Source: Eutreptiella sp. 'Long Island Sound 2002' (taxonomy: Eukaryota; Protista; Euglenida). Taken from it: a stretch of 64,000 nucleotides of DNA. A program made the position numbers and the translations under genes. Shown in pieces: positions 1-12,600 of this stretch (the stretch's first letter is position 1; every line of letters begins with the position of its first letter). The DNA is taken from assembly GCA_964036045.1 (NCBI GenBank), contig OZ038378.1, positions 168,144,001 through 168,208,000 on the forward strand, in the 5' to 3' direction. A model generated the notes under the pieces. It had not been told where the DNA came from, made no database searches, and saw only the letters and a list, made by a program, of their open reading frames with translations.

Positions 1-1058
1 GGATGTATGAGAGAGACTCAAGCAGAAAACGAGCTGCCCATTTGATTCTCCAAAATTGGGAATCCACAAGGGTATTACAATATGTAGATGAATTATCTCA
101 GAAACTTCCTGAGAAAATGCGTGAAGCAAGTGCACCGCGAATTCTTGGCACGTGATCTAGCTCAGCCTTGCAGTACCATGGACAACCTTTCAAGGAGCCC
201 CCCAAACCTTTATTGCCAAATGTTGAAGAAGTGTGGATTCGTTGCCACCTTGTGCCATTTTGCACCCCGGCAAAACCTCAACAAGGTATCTTACCAAAAA
301 GAATTCATGGATTGCTTGTTGCCTTGGTTTATACTGGGGTGGTGATCCGTCATCCATGGCCCCCCAAAGGAGGTTGGGAACTTTGAACTCGTGCCTCACT
401 CCTTCATGGGGGTTGGTGTGGCATCCACTAGCGTCCACCAGTTGGTTTTGGGGTTTGGAGATCACCGATTTGCGGGCTCCAAAGCTTCCCTTCCCGCCCC
501 CCCCTTTCTAACCCCCAAATTTGGGTGTACGGGGTCACGGGTAGTGGGTGGGTGGGGGCTTCTAGCTTGACTTGCCAGCGCTGCTAATAGGCTTGGGTTG
601 GTCCGACTTTTTCATCGGTCCCCCCCCTAGCAACCAGCCACATCTCGTCATACCTAGCTCGCCGTAGACTCGCGCAGGGGTTAAGCTGCCAAGCAATGAA
701 TGAATATCCAGCGAGCCGCGGGGTGCAAATGTCATAACCATTCGGCACGGCGAGCTACGATGGGTAGATAATCAATGAAGGCAGCAACAACTTGATTTGG
801 CAGCCTTTTGGTAAGCAGATGGGTGGATATGAAATTTTGATCAAGAACCTTGTCGTTGTTTTTTGTCCGAACCAAGACATGTGTGCTATGTGACACGTTA
901 ACGGCCTTATCAACTTGTCAGCGGATCAAAAACTTTGTGGTGGAGCAAGAACCCACGTAATCCGCTTTCTTGGATCAAGAACATTGTTGCAATTGTGTGC
1001 TCTGCTCAACTAGTTGTAATCTTTGCAGGAATAGTCAACACCTACTACATTTTAGGGC

Positions 1059-1474
1059 ATGGCGCCCCCATCCCCAGGCCCAGCGAGGCACTACCCAGGG
1101 TCTCCGGCCCCAGGGCTTTATTTGTCCCCCTCCGGTCCCTCCCGCCGCAGGCGGCAATCGGAGTATCCCGCCACACAAAAAACAGCCCATGGCCACCACC
1201 GGAGGGCCTATTCCCAAAGCCCCAAAAGGGAGCAATATCGCGATCTTGAGGGTTGTACCGACGACCTCATCAAGGTACACGCCCAGCTGCAAGTCCCCAA
1301 GAGCAACGCGGGTAAAGAGGCGGTTGTGAAGACCCGGACAGCGGAGGTAGCGCGGCAGAAGTGGTTGGTACGCGACCTAGTGGGGCAGTTGCAAACCCTT
1401 CGCCAACGGGTTTGTGAATTGGAGGGGGCACTTGAGGCCAAACAAGCGGACCAGTCGGAGCAAGAAAACCGAAG
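1059..1474 (+). CDS. Coiled-coil protein, exon 1 (ATG 1059)
   Basis: ORF MAPPSPG...LRQRVCELEGALEAKQ. In-frame stop at 1032, acceptor-like ttttag at 1050-1055 just before the ATG, donor AG|GTGTGC at 1475 (phase 2). Confidence 0.7.
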
Positions 1475-2436
1475 GTGTGCGATTCGGGTTGTAATGGTAC
1501 GGATTCCCTTGTACACCGTCCTGTCCATCATTCAGTGGTGGACACTTCCACTTTGTAACACAGTAGAGCCTGTGCTTGTTTCATTGCTTTGCATTGTGTT
1601 GAACACGTTTTCGTGAACTCGGCCATCCATAGCTGCGTAGCGTGGGGCGGCTAACAGAAATGTCTAGAAGGATGCGAAATCGGGCTTGAGGGATGTGTTC
1701 AAATCTTGACAATCGGTGCATGCGGCGTCAACCCCCTTGGGTTAAGCCCCCTTTTGCTGTGATTTTGGGGAGAAAGCCTGGTTTTTGTTCCCGGAGGTTG
1801 CGGGGGACCTGGAGCGCACTCTGGGAGGTCTTTGACACCTCCTTCGGCCACTTCCTTGCAGCATTGTGGGAGGCTCTGAAAACAGGACGAGGATTCGTCT
1901 TTGTGGCAATGCGTCACGGTGCCTTTCGGTGGGAGGAGCACAGCACGACACAACATTGGCATGGCACAGCGCCCAACACCATTCCAGAGCCTGAGTATAT
2001 TGAGATGCGAAGCCAGAAGAAGTGCTTGAGGCCCTTGCCACTTTTCGTCGTACATACTGCGTTACCTGTGCTTGCCTGCGCTGTTTTGCAACCATATTGG
2101 CCTTCTAATTGCCATCTGGCTGGAGCATACCTCGATTGGTGACCTATGGTGACGCAGCTGACAGATGACGATTTTGGAACAATCGGGCCTGACATATAAC
2201 TTCCGTCCCAGACCTGAGATTGCCAGATGCATGCCTGTGGTGTGCATCGCGTCCACCCGCTGGGCAAGACCCATCTGCGCGTACCCTGAGTAAGGCAGGC
2301 CATTGGTCAACAAAAGGCAGGGTACGAAGCAGGACAAGCCCTGCCAAACGCAGCAGGACCCTAAACCAGTGGACTTTAGGTGTGGCCTCAGCTGTAAATG
2401 TAAGGGCACAGGCGAGAGAGGGGGGGTGGGGGGCGC

Positions 2437-2790
2437 AGGGGATCAGGCACCCAGAGGGCCAATCCTGGGGCCCCTGCAGCGCAACATGACTGTTCACCTG
2501 CGCCCAGGGGATCCAGCACCCAGTAGGCGCCCTGTGTAAAGTGGTGGGCCAGGAAAGGGACATCACTGTTTGCCTGCGCCCAGGGGATCCGGCACCCAGT
2601 GGGCCACCACTGGGGCCCCTGAGGCGTTCTGTGGAGCTATCAGTGCACGCAGGGGATCAGGCACCCAGAGGGCCAATCCTGGGGCCTCTGCAGCGCAACA
2701 TGGCTGTTCGCCTGCGCCCAGGGGATCCAGCACCCAGTGGGCCACCACTGGGGCCCCTGAGGCGCCCTGTGTAAAGGAGTGGTGGGCCAG
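2437..2790. repeat. ~70-bp GC-rich minisatellite, about 5 monomers with a ~215-bp higher-order repeat
   Basis: Monomers start GGGGATC(A/C)(G/A)GCACCCAG near 2437, 2506, 2582, 2652 and 2720. Confidence 0.85.
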
Positions 2791-3399
2791 GAAGGGGAAG
2801 GAACGTCCAACAAAACTGGGGTGGGCAGACTCAAGGACGACGGCGCAGCCACCGTGCAGTGTAAATCACCCAGGACACCACGCAGGCGCACACACCACCC
2901 GGGTCAACCATAACAGAGCGCACGCCACCCGCGACCATCAAGGAGCGCACCATGCGCACGCGTGATCCACGGAGTGGTGCAGCGCATGGGGTGGATGGCC
3001 GGTACAACGCGTGGAGGAGTGGGGCACCTGGGCCTCACGCACACGGGAACGCGACAAGGCAGGTGGTGGATGACCGGAGGGCGGAGGTGCGTGGGCAGCG
3101 AAAACCGTCAAACGACCCCCGCAACAACCAGCACCACCTCGGTACACCAACTACTGGGCACCGCTCACGCACAAACGGCACCCGCCACAACCAGCACAGC
3201 CCCGCTGCACCAACTACTGGGCTCCACAAACGCGGAAACGACACCAGCAAGAGCACCGGCCGCAGCGGCCAACAGAAAGCAGCGACCCGACGCAACATGC
3301 GAAGGGAAGAACGGGTGACCGTCCAGGGCCCCGTAAAGGAGCAACAACCAGACGGAATGTCACACAGGGGGGCTGAGAGAGGGGGGGCGGGAGAGGGAG

Positions 3400-3439
3400 C
3401 GAGAGAGAGAGCGAGACAGAGACAGAGGGAGAAAGAAAA

Positions 3440-3492
<53 letters not shown>
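3400..3492. repeat. (GA)n microsatellite / purine tract
   Basis: Perfect GA run at about 3449-3492 with degenerate flanks. Confidence 0.95.
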
Positions 3493-3496
<4 letters not shown>

Positions 3497-3674
3497 AGAG
3501 GGAGGTGACCGGAGGTGGGATTAGGGGATTGTGCTTCAAAGTACAGAGCTGGGACCTGTATTGCACTGTAAAGGCCATCGTGCGCGCCATCGTGTGCACT
3601 GGCGTTCTGCAACTGGGGTAGGTTAAACCCCTGCCACCTGCCCCCATAGGGTCATGCAGATGTCACGTCTGTAG

Positions 3675-4190
3675 GGATGCAGGCTTGACTGCAGATCCAA
3701 ACAACACTGTGCTGGAGCACGGAGGGGCTGAAGACTTGTCCCAGGCTGCAGCTGCAGAATCTATGGAGGCCCGGATCATGTCCCTTGAGTGGCAGCTTCA
3801 GGACTCTGTGAAAGCAAACGAGGAGCTGCTGAGGGATCTGGAGTTGGCGAAGGAGTCACAAGCAGAGGCCCATGCGCAGGTGGCTGCCGTAGAGGTGCAG
3901 CGTGTGGAGGCTGTGGAGGCCCAGCAGCACCTGAAACAGCTCTGTGCGGCCCTTAAAGCCGGGCCCAGGGGCTGCGACGCACTTCTGGAGAGTATGCAGG
4001 AGGAGGTGCTGTTGCAGCGACGAACGCGTGACCTTGAGATTTCTGCGCTCCGCAGCTTTGTGGACGTGTTTGTGTGCGACGTGCAGGAGGCGATACGGGA
4101 TCGTATTGAGCAGCAGGAGCAGATTGAACGAGAGTACCGGGAGCAGTCTTTGGCTCTTATGGATATGGCGGAGCAGCTCCAGAAAGACAG
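3675..4190 (+). CDS. Coiled-coil protein, exon 2
   Basis: tctgtag|G acceptor and AG|GTGCAT donor, phase 2-2, compatible with both neighbours. Heptad E/Q/L/A-rich sequence (MEARIMSLEWQLQDSVKANEELLRDLE). Confidence 0.8.
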
Positions 4191-4893
4191 GTGCATAGGG
4201 TTGGTGCATACTGTTGGTGCCGGGCACACCCCCTTCCCCCTCTCACAGTGCAGCCCTTCGTGCCTGGGGGACGGATATCCCATGATCAGGCGCTGAGTCC
4301 ACAGGGCGGTTACGCCATACACACAAAGCCAGCAAAGGCGGGCACGAAGCAAACTCTTATGGGTGCAAAAAAAAACAAAAACAAAACACGATTTCCTTGT
4401 GAAAAAAGGTCGATTTGACAATCCAAATTAGTGCAGATACTCCAGGGTAGCGCGTACATGGCAGTCCCGTGGATTATCTATGCAATACGCAACGCTTGTG
4501 GTAGTTTGCACCAGGACAAAGTGCGGGCGCTGGTGCCCGCGCAAACGACAATAGGTGTTGCATATTGGTTGCAAAAGAGGTTACTTGCCCAGGAAAACCT
4601 CCTCTTGGCAACCTGCAACCCCACCACAACCAGCCTCTGTGGAACCCCCTGAGGGGAAGTAGAGAGGGTGTGATAGGCCAAGGAGGAAGGCTGGGACACA
4701 GCGTTCATGGGAGAATGTTCTGGGTGCCATGGTCAAGCATCCTCTTGGGGTGCATAAAGTAGTGGATGCTAAGGCACTGACCCCGATCAAGAGATAGGAT
4801 CACAAACACATGCCTCAAGGATTCTGGAGAGAATTTTGGAGGCTCCATTCACCACGTCATATGGGTCCTTTGTCAGAAGGGTTCAAGCAGACA

Positions 4894-4894
<1 letters not shown>

Positions 4895-4965
<71 letters not shown>
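4895..4965. repeat. (CA)n microsatellite
   Basis: About 35 CA units seen directly. Confidence 0.97.
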
Positions 4966-4967
<2 letters not shown>

Positions 4968-6535
4968 AGATGAAGCAAAGTGACCAAATCCCAGCACAAG
5001 CAAAAGTAGGGCAGGCACCGGTCGGAGTAGGGAGAGTAGGGAGAGTAGAGAGACACCACCACTCGTCACGCCACAGACAGTCAAAGAAAAGTCATGGCCA
5101 TCGGTGACTAGGCGCCTTTGTGAAGTAGACCGTTGTAGCAGCTGGGAAGCAGCGCACTGTGCATCTGCAAAGCACAGATATGCTGCACTCGTCTTGCAGT
5201 GCAGCACATGTGCATGGTCAGGGCAAGGCATCAAGACAAGTGTGCCTCCGGGGCTTACTACTGCCCCGAGGCCTGTATGCACCATGTAGACATGCATGAT
5301 CACGGCTGTTCACACCCGCAGGTGAGGGCGGTCGAACTCCACTGTTCCCAGGGCGTACTGGGTGCTGGAGACCTGTATGCACTATGCGCACTCGCACGTG
5401 TGACCCTTCACACCCATAGGTGATGGTGGTTACTTCCTCTGCCACCGACGGTCTACAGCATAAGGTGATCCTAGTGGCTACAACTAGCATGTATTGCTGC
5501 ACTCACTGGTAAGCCTCATACCTCCCGTCACTGGATTGCACGCACACAACCGGCCTGCGGACAGCAGGCAGTGATCATCACACCCAATGCAGCAAAGTCT
5601 GTGCTCCATGTAGGTTGGTAGGCGTGCAACAGCGCGTCTTCCCACTGAAACCAGGATGTATGTTCCTCACCTCTCCAGCCCGCCCTTGCACGTAACCACT
5701 CTTGCAGTTGTCTCAGCAAGATGCACTTTTTGGCAGGCATGCTATACGACATGTGGCATACTACTTTGATTGCCCCCTGCACATTGTGAGGAATTTCGGT
5801 GTACGCGCAGTGTATACACACACACACACACCGTTCTGTGCATGCTACACAGACTTGTCCCAGCTGCAAGAGGCTGAAGAAGATCTTCTCAAGCTGCTTT
5901 GAAGCCATTCACCGTTCAACGGGGGTTTTCAACCATTCAACCATTCAGACCAATCAATTACTGTTGTGCCCACAGCAGCACCCCTGCTAGGGTGGCCCAG
6001 TGAGCACGTCCTTTTCAGCGACAGGGAGGACTGCGGCACTGATGTTAGCGATGTCCGTCCCAAGGCGCAAATCTCAAACATGTCGTCAGTACAGCATGCA
6101 GACCCAGGGTGTTCCAAATAGCTCTTTTGAAGGGCTTGTTGAATGTACCGCACAATACCCTACCTCCGGAACACTCAATGGGCACAAACGAGGCAACACT
6201 GGCACCGACCCCCGAAATCCCACCAAGTTGGCACAATCATCAACGTCCCCGAGAGGTTTGGATCACACACGTGCAATAGCCCAGCATTCCTTAGGGGGTG
6301 AGAGAGAGGTCGCACCTGTGAATCCATCAGCTGAAACACTGCATCATGAGGTACATGCCAGATAGCCGCATTGCGCACAATCAAACAATGGACACTGCAT
6401 TCGGTGTGCACAAAGTCATTGCACAGCAGCCCTCATGGCGGATGCACGTGCATGTATGCGTTTGCACACGTGCACGTGTGGCAAGCAATGTTCATGGCAA
6501 AGGTTGTGCATGTGTGACTGTGTGTGGATGTCCAG

Positions 6536-7052
6536 GGCCATGCGGCAGATGTACGCCCGGATGTTGGAGAGTGGGTGTGCCTCCTCCTCTGAGGGGGCTG
6601 CGGGCACTGTCAAGGGGATCCCCGAACGCAGCGGACAGACATTGCAGGAGGCTCTTGAACGCGAGCGAATGCTGCACGAGGACGAGTTGACGCTGGCGTA
6701 CTGCCGGCACCAGGAGGAGGTGCAGCGTCTGGAGCACCAGCTGCGACGTGTTTCTCACGAACTGGCGCTCGTGCGCGCTGTGTCTTTCGCGAAGGGGCGG
6801 GAGGTTGTGCTCCTTCAGCATGAGCGGAGGTACGACAGGGGGCAGGAGGGCAAAGATGCCGACGCTGGGCCTCCCCCAGAAGCCGGGCTTACAGTCTGCG
6901 AGACGCCGCAGGACACGGTCGAAGACCGGAGGATGCAGGCGGCGACCTGCGGCGAAATTGTTGGAGCGGGGATCTCGAGAAAGAAGCCGATTCGGCAGCC
7001 CGTCCGGCGGATGGGAGGCTCGATGTTTGGATCGATTTTCAGCGCCGGGTAG
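6536..7052 (+). CDS. Coiled-coil protein, terminal exon
   Basis: gtccag|G acceptor, phase 2. Reads RAMRQMYARMLE...QEEVQRLEHQLRRV...GSIFSAG*, stop TAG at 7050-7052. Confidence 0.8.
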
Positions 7053-10000
7053 GACACAGGTACAGCGCTGGGGATGAGGGGGGGATGGCAGGGCACAGGG
7101 ACGGCGCTGGCATTGGGGGAGGATGTATTCCTCTGCAGCTTTTGTTCCCTGTGAATCGATGGCGCTGAACACAGCCGATATTGGCCTCGCGCTCCTATGC
7201 ATCATCGCCCTCATGGCGGTCACGCGTGCAGTGTATGCCGCATGTGTCTATGTTTAACCGCTTTGGAGTAAACCAATTTTATTCAGCACCGGAGGGATGG
7301 CTGTTTGCCCAAGACTCCGTCCACATCGCTTCACTCCCAGTCTCTTGCCGCAGATCCCCGCAGATCTGGTCTGTTCCCAGTGTATGGGCGTTCACATTGG
7401 CCTGCCGCCGCGGCCTACCCTCAGTCTACTCACAGCGCTGCTGCTGTTGCTGCTACAGTGTCCCACATGTTTGCACAGGGCTGGGCACTGGCAGAGGATG
7501 CCGTCGTCCTTTGCTGCCTGCACGGCCGTGGGGGGCCCCTGTTCGCGTTCTGAAAGCCCCCCTTTTCCTTGTCCCGGTACACGTAACGAAATGCGTCAAA
7601 GGGGTGGCCTTTGGAGACGGGTCAAAGCCCCAAGCCTCAGGAACTGGGCTTTGGGAATGCTCCGATCCCTGTCCTACTCCGGGGCCCTCTGGTTCGGCCC
7701 CTGCCCCATGCACTTGTGTGTGACGAAGGATCCTAAACACGGAAATGCAACCCAATGGAGGTTGCAGCCCATGTTCTGGACGCCGCTGGACCGTGATGTG
7801 GAGGGGCGTCCCCCTTGTGCCCGCTCTTAAGGATGGAAGGGCGGCGATGGGCCCTCGGGAAAGGGACCACCAGGAGGTCAGGGGAGTGGGGCAGCGCCCA
7901 TGGGTATGAGCCAGTTCACCTCGGATCGATCCAATGCGGGCGGTCAAAGAAGGGGCGGTGGTTGTTCCAAGGAAATATGCAGTGGGTCGGCCAACACTAT
8001 TTGAGCCCAAAGGGTATAGGCCCAAAGGCTAAGCCACCGGATGCAAATGGGCAGCAGGTAAGACACACGGAATTCCACTATAGCGGAGCTTCTGCTCCCA
8101 GGCACCCGTGTCCGGACCATTTCCGGGTCCATGAGGAACGTGGGACCTAAAAACAAAAACACTGACGATGGTGTTTTTGAAATGTTGCGTTGCAGTTAGA
8201 CCTATTTGAGCGCAATGAGACCTGTTTTGATTCAAGAATTGCTTTCTTAAGCTTCGAAAAATGGCCATTTCTGCATTGGGACGCTGGACCCCATTTTCCC
8301 AGGGAGGCAACAATGTCCTCCGCACCCAAGGACTACAGTTTTCTGGTGTGTTGGGCCAAAATTTTGTCAGTGTGTAGTATCGTCTGAGTAGCTCGTAATC
8401 CAAAGGAACGTTTGGGACCGAAGTGGAACTCGGACCAATGATGTAGTACTCTCCTCTGCGCCAAAAATGTACGGAAAACGGACCACTGTCTGTTTGACAT
8501 GCGAATTTGCTGTGTTGTGTGCCTTGTGGCGACTGGACAATACCACACATCTGGGCTGGGGAACTGCCAGTCTCGTTGTCCGTAGAAGCCCAGTTGCTGC
8601 CAGCATAACGCCTGCTTCGGCTGGCACAAGCCCCGTTGCGGCCAGAAGAAGCCCCGTTCCGGTGGCTGGATTTTAGGGAGTGCAACCCCAAGGCTGGGGG
8701 TTTTGGGGTTTGTCCAAAAAGGGGGCTCGCTGCCCCCCTCCCGTGCCCATGCAAAGGTCTCCGAGCCCCAGTGCTCAAAGGCTTCAGGTCATGTCCATTC
8801 ACATGAGCTGCGGCGGCGCCATGCCCTATGTGCCCATGTCCCACGCCTCAAAGTGCACGTTGCCTGCACCCCGTGAGAAAGATGAAGGGTGGGTGGCCAA
8901 GACGGAAACGAACGCGCGGTGCGCACAGTTTTGCGCGCGGTATTTCATGAATGCACTATTTTTTCATTTAGTCACCGCAGGCTGCAAACACTACTCTCCC
9001 ACGAGCAGAAGTAGAGCTTGTGGGAAGGCAGCGGGATCGAAAATTGGCCATCACCCACCTCCTTCGGCAAGGGGAGGCACACCTAGAGACCGTCGCCCCT
9101 GACGATGATGGGTGTGGAGTTGTGGGCTTCGGGCTCGTCCCTCACTTCTGCTGAGGAGGATGATGCGGAGAATGAGGAGGAGGACTCCAACTGAGTGACA
9201 TGAACACCTGGAACCTCATAGGCCGCAGCACCCTTGGGGCACCTTACGGGAATGAGCACCCTGTGAGGTTTGAACTGCGAAACATGTCGAAGTGACTGCT
9301 CCACAGGCTTGGGCACCCTGTGGGGAACCCTGTGTGTGCCGGAGAGGTCTCTTTATGCTCAATACCCCCCCCCCCCCCGACAGGGGGTGTGGGCGGCTAC
9401 AACCGCCATGACATTGGTCAGGAGGTAGAGTGGAGGCCTTCATTGTTGTATGCCAACCCAGGTGGCCACTGCGTCCCTGCCACCCTGAAAATCTGTCAGA
9501 ATTGCGTAAAATAGCAACGAAGAACGAGCCCGCGGTGCGCTCGTGGTGCGTTTGTTTCTCTCCAAGGGAACATCTGATTTACGTATATTATTCCACTAAG
9601 CGACTGGCCGGCGACTACCTTGCCCCTCCCACCCCCCCGGGGCGCAAGTACAGGCTTGTCTGAATCCACGATCTTGCGGTCCTGTTGTTTTAGGCGCGGT
9701 CCCAAAGCTCCACATGAAACATTTTGATGGCGCGAGCCGTCTTGCTTCGAGCCCTGGTTTGAAAACTAGTCATATTCTGGTCATCCATTGGATGTCCACC
9801 CGGACGCGGCAGTTCCCCGCCCCAGTACAAGCGTCAACCGTGCTAATCCAGCGGTGCTTCCACGCCCTGGACGACTCGCTATGTCGTATCATTACCGTTC
9901 ACATGATTCCGGTGTGAACACTGACGAGGCACATGTAAGTCTAGCAGAAAACAGGAACAGACTACAACCTTGATTCTGACCGACCTACCCCTTTTCAGCC

Positions 10001-10300
10001 CCTTTGTTCATCGTTCCCCTCGTCACCCCAGCTCACCTTTGTGCCATTATTGCTACAATCGTCCTGCATGTAATCGTAATCGATGCTGTGAGTGAGTTTG
10101 TTTTTGGATATTTTCTCGTGCGACGCTGGTTGGCCCGAGTTTCTAGCAGGGCCTTGCTTCTCGAGCCCAATGTGCTTCGGCCATGGATGACTTGGTGAGT
10201 CCTGATCAGCATTCGCTGTGTTTCTCTGTACCTCTGCTACTTCTGTCTGTGGCTGGTCCACTACAGTTGTCTTTTCCTGTCACATCCCTCTCTCCCTCTC

Positions 10301-10335
10301 GCTTACCCTTTCTCTTTCCCTCCCTCCCTCCCTCC

Positions 10336-10380
<45 letters not shown>
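10301..10380. repeat. Compound (CT)n(GT)n microsatellite
   Basis: Seen directly. Confidence 0.9.
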
Positions 10381-10381
<1 letters not shown>

Positions 10382-10879
10382 ATGTGTGTGCAGCAGATAC
10401 GCACCCCAAAGTCCGCAGGACGTGCAAGACAGCGACAAATTTGCGTTGGAAGTCCGCACGCAAGGGCGGAGACTAGGCCGTGCGGCGTGCGCATGGGGCA
10501 TACGGGTCACAGCAAACATTGCGTTGCGTGCGTTGTGTGTGTCAGAATCGGCGGATATTCTGCCTCAACATTGGCGATTCTGTGTCCGAATTCCGCGATT
10601 TCGGGTATGTTTCTGTTACAGCCGTAACCAGCCGAAACCCTCTGGAAGCGCTTCAGCCCGCCCCCCCCCCCCCACCGTGTGCACCGTACAGTTGATCATG
10701 GGCTTCCGAGTAATGCCCAAAGTGCAGCAGCAAAGCAAAGTATCCCTTCAGTTGTGCTGATGCGTCGTGCCCTTTGGACGTCAACAGGGCACAGATCTGG
10801 TTGTGTGGAAGCCTAAGCCTGTTGCGTGCAGGGAAGACTACCGCGCTCCCCATGTCCAATCAGCACTTGGCGTTGTTTC

Positions 10880-12600
10880 CATCAGTTTTTGCACCATGGA
10901 TTTTGGCGTTGCAGGTTAGCAATCAGAGATTTCGCTTTCCTGTGGGGTGCTGTGGGCATGGGGATGATGTTTGTGGTATGCTCTGCCCCTGGCCTTCGGA
11001 ATAGTGCACCATTTCTTGTCAATGGACATGTGGACTGCAGCGCACGGACCACACTTGTCTCAAGAGGGAGGCGGGGGGGCGACGTACGGTGCAGCCCTGG
11101 AGCCCCAGGGAGCTGCACCGGATGCGGCGGCAGATTTGTTGGACCCTGTTGCACCAAATCTTTGACCAGGTGACTGACTGTCTTGGGGCCTGTACAAATA
11201 TTTCGAGGCACAGCCTCACCCAAGGGCATTCTGTCGCGGCACTCCGGCGCTGGAAGTTTTGGCATCATTGGACGTTTGAGAGGCCATCGTTTCGTTTGCC
11301 TTGCACCGGCATGCGGGTATTTCTTCTGCAGGTAATTCTTTATGAGATGGTACAAATACTGCCCCTTACCCTGACACAAATGCTCACAGTCACAGTCCCC
11401 TTGACTTGGCGCCTTCGCCTGCACCAGGATTCCAATGGGGTCGCAGATACCCTTTGGGCTATCAGCGTTTCTCCAGTGTCAATACATAATTTTGCAAATG
11501 CGTAATGTTGACACTCGATGCGTTTGTAAATGCATTGCCCGTTGGAAGTGATGCTAAGAACGGCCAAAGATATGGGGAAGAATTCGTGCACATGCGATCC
11601 CGTCTTTTACCATTTTCCATGTCTTGGCACAGTGCTGGATTGTCTGTGTCGTTCGCTCTCGCACTGTATTTGTATCGGTGAGCGTGCTGGATTGTCGTGC
11701 ACAACATGCGTGAGCTCTGCGCATCATGTGCTTCACAGGACGTGCACGCTTCTGAGGGCCCCCTTGAAAGAAAAGAAGCGGGGCAGGAATGAAAAGAGTG
11801 TGTGCAGTGTGGGTGAGCACCGGAAGTGGTGCGCTCATGGTGCGGAAATTGAACGCGGCAGACCCTAGGCAGCCATGCTTCAAGGGTTTTGGGCAGAGGT
11901 TGACGTGTGCCTTCCGCACAGTTTCCATTATTTGTGTCACTCAGGGGACTTGTCGAAACCCCTTTCAGGTGTCTGCAAACCGGGACGAGTTGCATGAGCA
12001 CATTAGGAAGTGTGAACCGCCGCCATTGCTGGAGCACTGTGTCTTTGTGTTTTGCTGTTTTGTGCCTGTTGGTGGGGCTCTTTACATGGTGGAAATGGGC
12101 CACTTTCCCAGTGAAATAGTCTCCAAGGTGCACGCAGTGAAATGCAGGTCAACATCATTTTGAGCCGATTGTAATGGAGCACGCCTGTGCGCCGTGGCAT
12201 TTTGCACAGATGGGCAACAGGAAGTACAGGATATGGATGCATAACAGCTTGTCGGGTGTTACGGGTGTGCACGCCATCAGGAACAGTTTCAACGCTCGGC
12301 TTCAGGACACCCCATAGTGGGAGCCGGATTGGGCCAGGACCTGCAAGTTCAGCAGGATTGAGTTCATCAGCTGATGCCTCAGGCATTTCCCCAATCAAGA
12401 TGAGCTTGGGGGGGCGAATCACTGCACACGAGGAGGCGTTTTCAGGGTCCAACCGGACCCTGGTTGAGGAGATAGGTCCCAGCAGGCACATGGCCCAAAG
12501 AGTGGGAGTGCGTGTTGACAATCCTCAACGATCGTCAATATGCTCAAGAGCCCCCAATGACCCTCAAAAACTTCTACGGCATCCAAGAATTTTTAGTATT
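10880..12600 (-). mobile_element. Degenerate non-LTR retrotransposon (LINE) RT and C-terminal remnant
   Basis: Frameshifted minus-strand pieces in RT order: GVH..PVTP.LLCIHILY (like GVRQGCPLSPLLF), SAQNDVDL (like AFADD), HLGDYF (like YLG), then a Cys-containing C-terminal piece. Motifs are heavily decayed. Confidence 0.4.

Noticed and set aside
1-500. Protein-like frame at the window start
   Set aside because: Contains an internal stop, is truncated by the window edge and has no recognisable motif.
3214-3647. ORFs with SLSLSL or ERERER, and the VCVC/HTHT ORFs at 4.9 and 10.3 kb
   Set aside because: Translations of dinucleotide microsatellites.
4440-4860. Possible RNase H remnant (HNQPL...DAKAL)
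   Set aside because: Motif similarity is too weak to support.
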